Below, piece by piece: positions 24,842 to 37,800 of a stretch of 64,000 nucleotides of DNA. This DNA is from Eledone cirrhosa (taxonomy: Eukaryota): NCBI GenBank assembly GCA_964016885.1, contig OZ024740.1, forward strand, positions 257,238,001 to 257,302,000. The letters run 5' to 3'. The first letter of the stretch is position 1, and the number at the start of each line of letters is the position of its first letter. Below the pieces are notes generated by a model, which made no database searches, was not told where the DNA came from, and saw nothing but the letters and a program-made list of their open reading frames with translations. The translations under genes and the position numbers were made by a program.

Positions 24842-24846
<5 letters not shown>
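24119..24846. mobile_element. Non-coding hammerhead-bearing element (retrozyme-like): monomer 24399-24846 (+) plus inverted partial copy 24119-24399
   Basis: Inverted arms 24176-24399 / 24657-24846 and 24119-24156 / 24399-24436; embedded in (TA)n; no credible ORF. Confidence 0.85.
24555..24599 (+). ncRNA. Type I hammerhead ribozyme, near intact
   Basis: AACGGUG-CUGAUGA-uAGCU-AACA-AGCUu-GAAA-CUAG-UA/CAUCGUU: 7-bp stem I, palindromic CUAG loop in stem III, one U.U mismatch at the base of stem II. Confidence 0.85.
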
Positions 24847-24897
<51 letters not shown>

Positions 24898-24899
24898 AA

Positions 24900-25085
24900 T
24901 AATTGTTTCTATTTTAGGCACAAGGCCAGCAATTACCCAGTACATTACTGGTACTTTATTTTATCGACCCCGTAAGGATGAAAGGCAAAGTTAACCTCGG
25001 CGGCATTTGAACTCAGATCATAAAGGAACGTAACTCTATGCTTCAAAGCATGGTGTCCGACTCTCTACCGATACTGCCAATCCAC
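24900..25085 (-). mobile_element. SINE subfamily B
   Basis: Full core; TSD-like tatatatatttaaataat on both sides. Confidence 0.93.
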
Positions 25086-25094
25086 TATATATAT

Positions 25095-25418
25095 TTAAAT
25101 AATGAAGAGTAACATGGTTGGCTGTACAACAAGGGGCTTTATTTAAAGTACTGACAATTGTTTCGTTGAGCAGGTGAGTCTCGAATTCGCTAATCGCTGG
25201 AAGCTGCGTCTCTCGATCTCCAATACATTATTTACCTCTGGTCAACATATCTACGTACTCTGATGTGTTGACCAGATGTACATAATGTTTTGGAGATCGA
25301 GTGACGCAACTTCAAGCGATTAGCGAATTCTAGACTCACCTGCTCAACGAAACAATTGTCAGTACTTTAAATAAAGCCCCTTATTGTACAGCCAACCATG
25401 TTACTCTTCATTATTTAA
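25095..25418. mobile_element. Penelope-type palindrome (arms 25095-25251 and 25262-25418)
   Basis: About 157-bp imperfect inverted arms with a 10-bp spacer; carries a hammerhead. Confidence 0.9.
25255..25365 (+). ncRNA. Type I hammerhead with extended stem II, one core substitution
   Basis: GUACU-CUGAUGu-GUUGAcCAGaUG..CAcCUGcUCAAC-GAAAC-AAUU-GUC/AGUAC. Confidence 0.75.
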
Positions 25419-25428
25419 CTATTATATA

Positions 25429-25620
25429 GGGCGGTGGATTGGCAGTATCGGTAGAGGGTCGGACGCCATGCTTTGACGCATAGAGTTACGGCCCTTGCCA
25501 TTCTGAGTTCAAATCCCGCCGAGGTTAACTTTGCCTTTCATCCTTACGGGGTCGATAAAATAAAGTACCAGTAATACACTGGGAAAATTGCTGGCCTTGT
25601 GCCAAAAGTAGAAACAATTA
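25429..25620 (+). mobile_element. SINE subfamily A, full length
   Basis: TSD ttatttaactattatatag at 25411-25429 and about 25618-25637. Confidence 0.95.
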
Positions 25621-25645
25621 TTTAACTATTATATAGTTAAATAAG

Positions 25646-25795
25646 CTTAGCAGCAAAGAGTTACGGTCCTTTATGGTCTCAGTTCAAATCCCGCCGAGGT
25701 TAACTTTGCCTCTCATCTTTGCGGGGTCGATAAAATAAAGAACCAGTAATACACTGGGTTAATTGCTGGCCTTGTGCCAAAAGTAGAAATAATTA
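25646..25795 (+). mobile_element. SINE subfamily B-like, 5'-truncated, tandem to the previous copy
   Basis: Core intact; followed again by ttatttaactattat. Confidence 0.92.
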
Positions 25796-26298
25796 TTTAA
25801 CTATTATGACTCCAAGTATAACCTGCATAGAAATTACCGCGAACTCACTGCATAAATATGGAAGCATCTTGTGTCAAACAAAGCCGTACGTTAAAACCAT
25901 CCGTGACGTGGTTTCCAATAACGATAATTTGTTATCCCATATATATATACATACATATGTGTCCCTCTGCGCGTGCGCGCGTATGTGTGTGTATTTCTCA
26001 TTCTCAGTACAAATGTTCAGATGGTTCTATAGCAGAAGTCTGCTCATGACTTTAACGCACGAGCGGCTTAGAATTTCAAAGAAACCTGCAAATGTACATC
26101 GTTGCAGAATGTGTGACAAGGTCTCTCTTTGACAGGCCCCTTTACACAAAATAAATATGATGTCTTTCATCAGCAATGGGTTAGTAATTCAAAGACAAAA
26201 AATCCATCTTGTGGAATGGAAATATCTGATACATTTTGAAAGAGGAAAAGTCTCCAAATTAACAACAATCAAACAGTATATCGATGATGAAAAAAAAA

Positions 26299-26336
<38 letters not shown>

Positions 26337-26451
26337 ATATATATGTGTGTGTGTGTGTGCGAAGGTAGATAAGGTTTTGTTTATGTACATATATATATAA
26401 TTCACGGCATCGTTTTAGCAATATCAAAATTATGAAATATTTTGCTGATAA

Positions 26452-28883
26452 AACTGGTCAACAAGTATTTTTCATGAAGCATATGTCAAGGTGTACTTAG
26501 TGTAGTATTTAATGCTGATTTCAAATATACAATTACTTTTTTGACATCACGTACAGTTTTCAAGATGAGAAGGTTTTTTTGGTTTTAGCTATGCATTATA
26601 TAAAAATTCCAATTAATGACGTGTATGCATGTATTTCATTTACATCATGGAAACCTACATTTAAAATAAATTACATTATTCATTGCTGCATAGTTTTGTC
26701 TGATGAAATAGGTATTTCAACACCTCAAATTGTCCAGTCATAGTTTTGTCTGATGAAATATTTCATCATCTCAAATTCAATACAAGTAGAACCGTTTGTA
26801 TCTATTTCCTTACTTGTTTTAGTGTTAACAATGTCAAGATTGTAGAAATCGTCCTGATGTATTTTGTTATGTATGAGGACAATTTATTGTGAAAGCTCAA
26901 AAATGTACAATAATACCCGAGATCAAGAAGATTTATAAGCTATACTTGGAGACCAGGACAAGTTATGGGCACGACATTTTATCTGCTCAGCTTGCTCAAA
27001 TGGTTTACGTGACTAGTTCAATAAGAAGAAGTCCATGCCTTTTGCCATTCAAATGATATGGAGGGAGCCGAAAGACCATTTTAATGACTGTTATTTTTGC
27101 AAAGTAAATGTCACAGGATTTTCTATGAAGAATAAACACAAAATTATGTATGCCAATTTGGATTCTGCAATGAGGGCTGTGCATCACAATGGAAGTCTCC
27201 CAATTCCAGTTCCACCAATTGATGGTATAGAAACATCAGATGATGATGCTGACTGTCACGATAGTGCTGCTGAGGAAGATTACTTGACTGATGACGATAG
27301 CTTTGAACCTCAGAAATTTTCCCAAGCTGAACTGAATGACTTTGTCAGAGACCTATCCCTCTCAAAAGATAAAGCAGAACTTTTGGCATCGTGTTCGTAT
27401 AACTTATTTTTGGCAGAGAAATGTGGTTCTACAAACGTGTTTTTCTGTTGAAGGTTCGCTTTGCTTTTACAGTAACATCGATGGACTTTTCGAATGTTTA
27501 TCACAAAATCAGGATCCGGCAGAGTGGCGTTTGTTTATTGACTCTTCAAAATGAAGTTTAAAAGTCGTACTTCTCCATAATAGTAATTTGAAGCCCTCCA
27601 TTCCTATTGCACACTTCGTTCATCTTCATGAATCATATGAGAATATGGAACTTTTACTTCATGCCTTTGAAAGATACTCATGGAAAATATGTGGAGATTT
27701 AAAATTCATTGGAATGTTAATGGGAATGCAGTCAGGGTTCACAAACTACTGTTGTTTCTTGTGTCTATGGGATAGCCGGGCAACTGACAGTCATTATTCG
27801 GAATCAAACTGGCAGACAAGAACATCATACCAGCCAGGACTGTCTAGTGTCAAGAATGTACTTCTTGTAGATCCATCTAATGTCTTATTGCCTCCTTTGC
27901 ACATAAAGCTTGGACTGATGAAACAGTTTGTAAAGACACTAAGGAAGAGAAATGCCAGAGGGTTTGAGTATATTGTAGAAAAGTTTCCCAAAATCACACA
28001 GGCGAAATTGAAAGAGGGTATCTTTGTCGAACCCCAAATTAGAGAGGTACTCAAAGATGTCAACTTCAAGAAAACACTGAACTGGAACTGCTCGCCTGGA
28101 ATGCTTTCAATTGGATCTGTGAGAATTTCTTGGGCAACAAGAACGCAATGGACTACAAGGATGACACCACTAATCTTCTGAAATGTTAATCAGCAATGGG
28201 TTGTCCCATGTCACTGAAAGTTCACTTCTTGGCCTCCCATCTGGATTTCTTCCCAGATAACCTTGGAGCAGTGTCTGATGAACACGATGAAAGATTTCAC
28301 CAGGACATTAGTGCTATGGAGAAGCGGTACCAAGGCTTCTGGAATGACAGTATGCTGACTGACTACTGCTGGACACTTTACCGTGATCAACCAGATCAGG
28401 AACACCGCAAGAAATCCAAACCACAATGTTTCTAACTCTGTTGTTCTAACTTTGTCTGTTTTGTCTGACCCATTTTTTGTGTATTCACTCTTTGTAGAAT
28501 GATAGTGATGATTTTTAACTCAATAAACTCATTACATTCTAAAAAATAATTGTTTCTACATTTGACATAAGGCCAGCAATTACCCAGTACATTACTGGTA
28601 CTTTATTTTATCGACACCGTAAGGATGAAAGGCAAAGTTAACCTCGGCGGGATTTGAACTCAGACTATAAAAAATAATACTTTCTAAAAAATAATATGTC
28701 TTTATTTATTACGTTACTGATTTCATATATACAAATATGTAAATATTTGCATGATCGTACTGAAAAGCTGATACATGTTGCACACAAATGGAGTGAAATT
28801 TTGAAATCAGCATGAAAAATGAGTCTAAAAATGTTGGTTTGCATTCATAATGCGTATAATACATTAAATTTTGTTGACTAGTG
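26452..28883 (+). mobile_element. Chapaev3-like (CMC superfamily) DNA transposon, full length, transposase pseudogene at about 26830-28435
   Basis: TIRs aactggtcaacaa (26452) and ttgttgactagtg (28871-28883); subterminal IR atgctgatttcaaa / tttgaaatcagcat; motifs WREPKDHFNDCYFC, WRLFIDSSK, CGDLK, CCFLCLWDSR, PPLHIKLGLMKQFVK, SLKVHFL.SHLDFF, SDEH.ERFHQDI. Superfamily assignment from recalled motifs. Confidence 0.85.
28547..28668 (-). mobile_element. 5'-truncated SINE inserted in the DNA transposon
   Basis: Core match; aaaaaataat on both sides. Confidence 0.9.
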
Positions 28884-29144
28884 AAATTTGTCTTTACTAT
28901 CTAACTGCATTTTCTGTACCTGATTCTATTTATAAAATAAATTTTTACTATGATTTTTTTACTATGTATGAATTGAAATAATTCATCAATAATTTTGTGT
29001 CCTTTGCAAATTTAAGAAATTGTGATATACTTAGTGTGAATTTAAATAATATGTAGTGATTTAAATCGTGCAGAGACAGATCAGATACTGAAACACTTCT
29101 CGGCCGAATCATTCACAGTTCTGCTGCATCTACCTCACCCTAGA

Positions 29145-29280
29145 TTAGTAATTTATTTACCGATTCCGAAAGGATGAGAGGCAGAGTTCGCCCCAAGGGA
29201 TGTAAACTCAAATGGCAATGAACCGGCGCAAATATACACATATTTAATCTGACACTCGAATGATTCTTTATTTGCCACCT
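29145..29280 (-). mobile_element. Old SINE
   Basis: ccgaaaggatgagaggcagagttcgccccaagggatgtaaactca. Confidence 0.6.
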
Positions 29281-29951
29281 AAATTTATTTAATTTGCCGA
29301 TAAAAGCATATTGAATGATTGTACGGCGATTTTTCTAGTATGAAGATCAATCAACCGACTTTGTGTTGGGTCGGGTCAAGAAGAAATGAAATCATCCGAT
29401 ATTACTAGAATATTATCGATGATGTGTCAACTAGTGATGAAATTACAGATGATCTATTTCGTACTATGTAATTTCTCAAAACTAAGCAGTTTGCAAACTA
29501 AGAACAATAAAAAAAAACTAGGGCACTTGTATGTGGTAGCTTTTCTTGCTAGAATTACTCATTATATATCCTATAGATTCTGTAAAAACCTGTGATGGGT
29601 ATCATTTATAATTCCGGATTATAAGCCTGCTCGATGGGGGTGTGGAAAGAGGTTAAACAACACCAATCACTATATTTGATATAGTTATTACCTACTGAAC
29701 CACTACCTATTGTACATGTTCTAATTGATTAGTGATACCACATACTATATAGTACTATACATTTATGATCATATTCTCTATATTTACGGCACTGAATCTT
29801 TTAAAGAACTACGTCAGTCGTATATGTCTTTGGAATGCTCACCTGTAGAACACACGTTAGTCTCACGAACAGTCTGATCCGTTGATCACTTCAAGTGAAT
29901 CACTGACTGCCGGAAACAACATAAGTCCAACACATGACACTATCTACTGAT

Positions 29952-30100
29952 AATAGTTTCCGATTTAAGCACATGGCCAACAATATTGGGGAGAGGAGAA
30001 AGTTTATTACATCGACGCCACTGTGTTTATGTCATCGACCAGGTACTTTATGTCATCAACCCTGTAAGGATAAAAAGCAAAGCTAACCTCGCCGGGATTT
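29952..30100 (-). mobile_element. Old SINE 3' part
   Basis: ggtactttatgtcatcaaccctgtaaggataaaaagcaaagctaacctcgccgggattt. Confidence 0.7.
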
Positions 30101-30678
30101 TAATACTGCTATATACTAAAGATTCTAGGAATTAGAGGTTTTATAACATTTCTTTGTGGTTAGATATTTAATAATATGCGTTACATTTTCTCCAGAATGA
30201 GATACCAGTCTTCATCTTATTCATATTTATAACCACGTCAGCGTAAGAAGGGATGCTCACATGACCAAGTTCACGACATGTGTACTGGTAAAGAGAAAGG
30301 ACGAATGTATATATATTTATGTCTTGTAACGTACCACTTTGATAAGAAAGAAATCGATGAAATAATTACGTAACTCGAAATATTAATTATTAAGGGGGAT
30401 ACGATCGGTGTGCTCAGCATGACCTGGCATCAATAAAATGATAATAAAAAGCTTTATATTTTCCATCTCCCTAAAACTGATTTCATTTCCGACGGTTAAC
30501 AGAAAGCGACAGAAGACTGGTTCACAGGTTTACGGCAGACAGTCCCTAGTTTTTCTGCCACCTTCTTAAAAAATCATACAAACCCGGGGCTATAAACTAA
30601 CGGGTTTATACAAGAATAGTTAGTCTATTTCTGGCAAACGTCACTGGTTAAGTTTCATTCGTTGCTGTCACACTTATC

Positions 30679-30880
30679 ATGACATCAGTAAACCCAATAG
30701 TAACAACAGCAACCACAGCAACAACGGCAACATCAACAACAGCAGCAAGCGCCACAAAATTAGCAACGGTGGCATTAAAATTAGCAACAAAAACAGTAAC
30801 AACGGTGACAAAAATAAAAACAACATCAAGAACAGCAACAACAAGAGCAACAATAACGTTGACAGCAACAATAATAACTT
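30679..30880 (+). mobile_element. Probable Tx1-type ORF1 Thr-rich N-terminal fragment
   Basis: MTSVNPIVTTATTATT.. has the same composition as the ORF1 N-termini at 39700-39921 and 46860-47200. Confidence 0.5.
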
Positions 30881-30899
30881 CTAGGCAGAGCTGTTCTAC

Positions 30900-32975
30900 T
30901 AGAGAACGGGTGACGGATAGCTATACGGCCAGATATGATGGTTAGTTGCCGGACGAATAAGCAGCCCTGGACCAACAGTAGTAAACAATTAAAGTAGGTA
31001 GTTGAATCCAGTGATGTAGCTATGATGAGGTGAGTAGAAGTGACCTCTGAAAAAGCCTAGTGTTCTCGAATTTGACAAAGTAACAGATTGGTAACCGGCG
31101 CGAATAAAACCACCAAAACACCAACACTGCAATATGGTGAAAGGAAAGAAAAAGAACCGTACCACACCGTCCTTCACCATGTTAATAAGGGACACATTCA
31201 GGACTTAGGTTGAGGGGCCTCTTCGAAAAATATATTGCAGTCTACATTTCATGTCGTAAAAACTGGCATTAGGCCTGCGACCTGTCTTGGGGGGCATGGG
31301 TTGGACGTACAAAGATTGCGTATCCCGACACCACTAAAAGGGTCCGGAAAGGATCAAACCTTGACAGTTGAAACCTGGAACATCGCAAACCTTACAAGTA
31401 AGGAGCAGGAACTAGTGGCGGAGGCTAGATGCTATATACTAGATATAGTCACGGTTTCCCCCAACAAAGTTCCGTGGCTCTCATACTGAAGATTTGGAAG
31501 AAGGATGGACACTCCTCTATTCAGAGTGGTGCCAGAAAGGACTGCACCGGCGAAGGTGGGGATACTCACAAGCCCCGGCTTTCAGAATATGTTCTGAGCA
31601 GGAACCCATTGGAGGGGGGGGGGGCATTTTGAAGCTTAGGCAGAAAGATAGGTCCGAAAACATATACTTCCTTGATTAAGTCACAGCAGTGATAAATGGG
31701 AGACTTCAATGCACATGTTGACACTAGCCACCTGACATTAAATGGAGTGTTTGGAAAGAACGGTGACCCCGATCTAAATACGATTAGTGAGGCCTCACTA
31801 GACTTCTTTTGTAGCAATGGAGTCTCTATTATGAACACCGTCTTTCAACACAGAGACATCCATAAATATACATGGCATAAATGGAATCACCGACAGAGAT
31901 CAATAATTGATTTTGTTATTGTCTCTGATCTCTTCGTTTCACTGTTGGATGTTCGCGATAAGAGACAGTTATCTGCAACTCGAGAACACTTAAATTCAAA
32001 GAAGCCCACAAAACTGGCAGATCCAGGGCAACCTACAGGATAAAGTGGGATGGGTTGGTGGATAAGGAAATCAGGACTTGGTTTGTAGATACTATTGCAT
32101 CCAAATTCAGAGAACTTCATACACAAAATAAAGGTATTGAGACAGAGTTGAGATTGTTCAGCTCCGCAGTTTCTGCTTCAGCTGTTATATGCTGTGAGCG
32201 AAAGTGGTTTGCTGGGGCGTCGGGTGGAAGAAGGAGGACCCCTTGGTTCGACCAAGATGTCAAAGATGATATCCGAGCAAAGAAGGACACCTACAAATAT
32301 TGGCTTGGAAATATGTCCTCATTCTTGTACATTTGAGGAATTTCGAGTTAAGCTGGAATCCGCCTTCAGATCAGCAGAAAAACAAAAACAAAAAAAAAAT
32401 GTGTTTTGGCTGAGAATCCAGCAACTTCTTAATAAGAAGTCGTTCTCCAAACCAGCTATAAAAAACGCGTCTCGTGTTCTCCTCTCTTCAGAGAGGTGCA
32501 TCTCGTGAGTTTTAAAGAATACTTTGCTGATCTCCTAAACGAGCACACAGGAGCATCTTCTGATGTATTCGAGGTACATCTTGGAGCGGTGATTAATCTC
32601 TCAGAAGCTGAGGACACAAGAGGAGTCAAAGATCTCGATTGAGGCCAGGCCGCTGGGGAAGATGAAATCTGGCCTGAGATGTTAATAGCCATAAATAGAG
32701 ACAGGTATTCTCTGTGTAACACGTGTGTGCCGGGCGGGCTGGTTCTCAAGAATGGCATCTGTCAATGGCAATCGGGAGTGATAATCACAATTTTTGAAAA
32801 GGGTGACAAGAGAAATTGCTTCAATTACAGAGTTACCTAGTTAAGCCCCCTCGATAAAGTCTATGCTAAAGTCTATTCACACTACTGCAGATCTTCGAGA
32901 ACTCATGGGAGCATTGCTAAGAGGTATATTCTTGTTTTGTAGAACCCGAAAAGGTATATAAACGCGTTCCTACTT
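30900..32975 (+). mobile_element. Second RTE-type LINE relic (APE + start of RT), heavily decayed
   Basis: TWNIANLTSKEQELV, MGDFNAHV, HKYTW..SIIDFVIVS, TPWFDQDVK, AAGEDEIWPEML, KGDKRNCFNYR. Confidence 0.85.
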
Positions 32976-33049
32976 ATTTTCGGATTAATGGTGTTAAATT
33001 GAAGCCATTGAATACTACTTACCATATTTCAAAAAAAATATTACTAATG

Positions 33050-33218
33050 ATATTTACGTCCTTTTACGTTGTAAGTTCAAATTCTGCTGAGGATAGCTTT
33101 GTCTTTCATCCTTATGGGTTTGATAAGATAAAATACCAATAACACACTGGGGTCGATTTAATCGATTTCCCTAGCCCCTCCCCAAACTGGAATTTGGCCT
33201 AAATAAGAAACTATTATT
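33050..33218 (+). mobile_element. Old SINE
   Basis: agttcaaattctgctgagg..ctttgtctttcatccttatgggtttgataagataaaatacca. Confidence 0.75.
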
Positions 33219-33519
33219 CACACAAAACTTTTACTTGAATTTCATAGACATTTGTAATGTTACCTATAATTCATACAAGTGTTATCTCCCCCTGTGCAAT
33301 TATTGTTCAAATATCATCCAACATAGAGCAATATTTCCCAGAAATACTGAAACAGCAACACCAGCACCACTAACAATAATAATAAGAAAGCCAAGCTATT
33401 TAGGCTTGGCCTTTGTGGTGTTTAAATGACAGGCAAAAAAACAAACTACAGAATATATAACAAGTAAATACGTTATCGCTCACACTGGATTCAATACCTT
33501 TTTCCCCCTCAAGCTTATA

Positions 33520-33621
33520 GCTGTTGCCACTACCAACATCACCAACACAACAACCATCACCACCGGCAGCAACAGCACAACCGTCACCAAACCCACTAAT
33601 CCTACCACCACCATCACCGTG

Positions 33622-33666
<45 letters not shown>

Positions 33667-33865
33667 ATTGTGAAGCAGCTGGTACTACTAAACTAAGGTA
33701 ACTTCATAAGCTTGAAAACTACTTTACTTTGACGTTTCCTAATCATCATAATGACAGTGTTGCGGTGAAGTTCAAAGAAACCCCGCCACCATATATATAT
33801 ATATATACATTCTTTGACATACTCATTGAATATTGTTTAACACGTTAATATATATATATATATAC

Positions 33866-33919
<54 letters not shown>

Positions 33920-33920
33920 A
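33520..33920. repeat. CAC/CAA low complexity, (CTA)n and (TA)n microsatellites
   Basis: Direct observation. Confidence 0.9.
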
Positions 33921-34886
33921 TACAGGCATGCGTACATAATTAGATATTCATACGTGTGTGTGAATGTGTAAAAGAATGAAACGGAAAAAGAGGCGTAATA
34001 AAAAATAAAAAAAATTAAGGCAGTTCAAAAATATAAACAAATAGAAAATAAATATTACTTTTGAAACCTTTGTCATGCGGCCATATTTGCAGTAATTCCA
34101 GCTATAAATAAAATACCAAATGATAACAGTGAATGTATATATATATATATCCAAGAAAGAACACTGAGGCCTGTCGGAATTGTTGTGAATCAGACATTTC
34201 ATATATATATATATAGAACTTTTTATTTTCTCCCTTGATATGGTTATACCAAAAGTTGTTTAATAAAACCTATTGAGTTAGGACAGGAAGTATGAAAATA
34301 TGTCATCCAAGATCATATATATCGATTGTTCGATTAAACATATTGCCCGTTGATATATATATATTTACATACTCAAACACACACACACATATATACATAT
34401 GTATGTATGTATTCATGTACATGTGTGTATATTTTTATACACGCGTACATAAATATTTATATACAATCAAATCAATTTTTCATATAATATTGGAATCAGT
34501 TTCAGGTCTCTGAAGACATTTCAATAAAAATTGCTTTTATCTCCCATTGCAAGAGAGCATCATATCCAACATGACATTTGGCTTATCTTCAATTTGATGG
34601 TTACAACATGGTTTTTACTTGGTTCTTCTATGCAACTGTAGCGTTGCTCACTAAAATTCCAGGCCGTGAGAACAGCTTTACTAACCAAAATAGACAAAAG
34701 AAACATTTAAATACTCTATATCAATCCACTATTTGTTCACCATTTTATTATTGTTTCTTGTGCTTCTCTCTCCACACTCCTCGCTAAACCCCTCTTTTTT
34801 GGAATCTTATAAATAGGGGTTATTTGATAGCTTTCTCAGTCTGTCATAAATTACCACCTTTACGCGGATGTTTAAATTGATTAAAT

Positions 34887-37800
34887 AATAATAATAATGG
34901 TTTCATTTATTGGCCACAAGGGCCGACATATAGGGGACAATACAGTAGACGGGGACAGTGGTGTTTTACAGAAAACTCGAGTAAAAAATAGGAAAACAAT
35001 AACAATAAACAAGAAAATACAACAATGAAAATTCCCCAAGAGAGGGGATAACCACCAAGGGTTGACTCAGGAACTCTCTCCACCCACATCTTCCTTTCCA
35101 AATAACATTTGAAAAAGTTGAGAGATTGGCCGCAGAGAAAAGTGACTGTCTTCAGTCCTTTCAACATTCAAACTCTTTCGCTACTGCCATCAGAGAGAGG
35201 AAAATTGCCTGCCGTTCCTGGCCAAAAGAAGGCGGTGGGTCAATATTCTCTATGGACTCGGCAGATAGCCGGATCCATTTTACATGCGACAACAGTTGTT
35301 CGACATAACTTCACAAGTCAGTAATGCAAGGATATCTCGGCAGGTCCGTCTGAAAACACTTCCATACCTGTAGAGTTTATCTCGAACCGGCAGTGCCCCC
35401 CGCTTCCTGTAGCACTGTCCAAGCGAGTGATTTCTGGAAGATATCCATCGTCCTCGGCTCGAAAGCCCTCCGGAAAAGACTGGTTAGTTCGACTTGGTCG
35501 ACGCCCAGAGCCCCTCCAAATACGCCGTGGCATTTGCGCATCGCTAATCCTCTATAGAATTCGAGAGTGGAAGTTCCACTGACCGCATTGCCCACCTGGC
35601 AGAGGGCAGTGAGTGCCTGGAAATATCAGTCAAAGAGACGAGCTGCGGAAAGGCCCGTCTGACAAACGGTGACCATACCAGTTCACCGTTTAGGCAGAAT
35701 ACCTGGAGATGCCGCAGCCTCAGCGCATGTCTGCGCATGATAAACCACAGCATGTTCAGCCCTCCTAGCATATAGACTGCCTCAGCAATGGAACCTGTCT
35801 CCTCCACAATAATTTGAAGAGGAGCCGTTCCATCTTGGCGAGGTGCGGATGGGGTCAAGGCATGGCGGTCAGGTGGTAGTAGATGACAGACGCGATATAT
35901 GCATTCGTCACCTCCACGCGACATTTCAGTGATAGCTTCACGCAGCCCGTCTCCTCGTCCCAATTCTTATCCACTTTGAGATCTGGTCAGAACCAAACTC
36001 CGAGCAAATTTATCGGTCCGTCCAGCGCCAGACGACACTTTTGCCTCTTCAGGTGCCGAGCTGCAAGCCCACCGACTTTTCCGGGTTAAGTTTCACTCCC
36101 GATTTCCAAGGTGTCCGACACCATCGCGGTGACGCCGTCCGAATAAGCCGACGCAGCCTTTCCCCGTCCCGGTTCGAGCAGGATGCTCTGCATCAACTCC
36201 AGCTTCCACAGTTAAGGCTTGAGAGTCAATACGTACAGAAGGGATGAGAACGGGAACCCTTGACGGACCAATCGGAAAATCTGAAACGGTTCGGAGAGGT
36301 GGCCATTAACTGACCATCGAGCAGATGCCGCTGTGCATTGCAGCGATCCAGCTTCTAAAGACGGGGCCGAAGCTAGCTGTCTTGAGGACAGCGTCCAGGT
36401 ACCGATGGTTGAACCTATCGAATGCTTTCGATTGATCTAAATTGATCAGAATCCCACCGAAGTCAGATTTTTACCGTACCCTCTCTGTGATATATCGCAT
36501 AATGTGGAGGTTGTCGCATTCCTGGTTGGAATTGCGCAAGTTTGTGTCTCCCGCACCAAATCCTCGACGACAAACTCCAGCTTCTTCTCTAACACCTTGG
36601 CCAAAATCTTAAGCTCTGTGTTGAGCAAGGTTATGGGCCTGAAGTTATCTAATGTGTCTCTCTTGTTCTCGTCTTTCCTTATCAGCATCACTACGCCCCG
36701 GCTCACAGAACTTTGAATACTCCCGTTCTGCTGCCAGTTGCAGTAGAGTGCTTCTAGGAGATCGGAGAACAAGTCTGGCATATATACGTAAAGCTCGTAG
36801 GGCAGGCCATCCAAACCCGGTGACTTGCGCCTCATGCAGCCGACAAGGACATCCTGTATTTCGGCTGAAGTTATCGGCCGTTCGCAGCGCTCAGCGTCGG
36901 CCGTCGAATTGCGAGCAAATTGCTGGCAAAATGCCACACACACCCACTTGGAATTGCTCAGCTGGTGTCCGTCTCGGTCCATTAAAAATTGAATTGTGGT
37001 TTTATTACCACGTTGCGTCTCGGCCACGCGGGCCCACCGAACAGCTTGGGTTCCCTCGTTTCTCAGAGCACGGGCTTTAGCACTGACAAAGCAACCTTCG
37101 TGTTTTGCATTAAAGAAATGGTCTAATGTCATTCTCGCCGCTAGCACGCCAGTTGCAATGCCACTACAATTAGCTTCATCTAATTTAGCCACCTACTCTC
37201 CCTCCTTTCAATTTCTCTCTAACGCTGCTTCTTTGCTAAAACCTATTGAGATTACTATAATCTCTCTTTTGAGAACCACCCAACACCTATTGTTGAAGAC
37301 CACCACTCTCAAATTTTGCTTATCTAAATTGTTGACCTGGTCCCTGTAAACCTCACGTGCTGGAAACGAGATGTTTAACTTCCAGTAACCAGGTCCTAAC
37401 CTACGCATCTCATCTAGCTCGACCATACACATCACAAAATTGTGATCTGAATAGGCGACCGTTTTAAAACGTGAACAGCCTACTCTATTTCTATCTATTT
37501 TCCTAATGAAAATCCTGACTATATACGATCTAGATGACACTATGCGGTTGGTCCAGGTCCACATTGGCGCTTTAGGGAAATGTAGTCGATTCCTGTCAAA
37601 CAGTTGGAACAGGCAGATCAGTTACTTGAGGCTTTTGCACACCCTGCTCGTATCAGCTACTCCCACACAATCACATCGTGCGTCTAAGATACAGTTCCAG
37701 TCCCTCGCTAACAGTAAAGGGAGAGACATACTCAGAAAGGCTTCTAGGCGTCTAAAAATGTCCGGCCTTTCAGCCCCGTTAGCGACGTAGACGGCCACTA

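Noticed and set aside
30196-30242. Possible + strand exon after ttttctccag with gtaaga donor
   Set aside because: Short, not frame-symmetric, no recognisable peptide.
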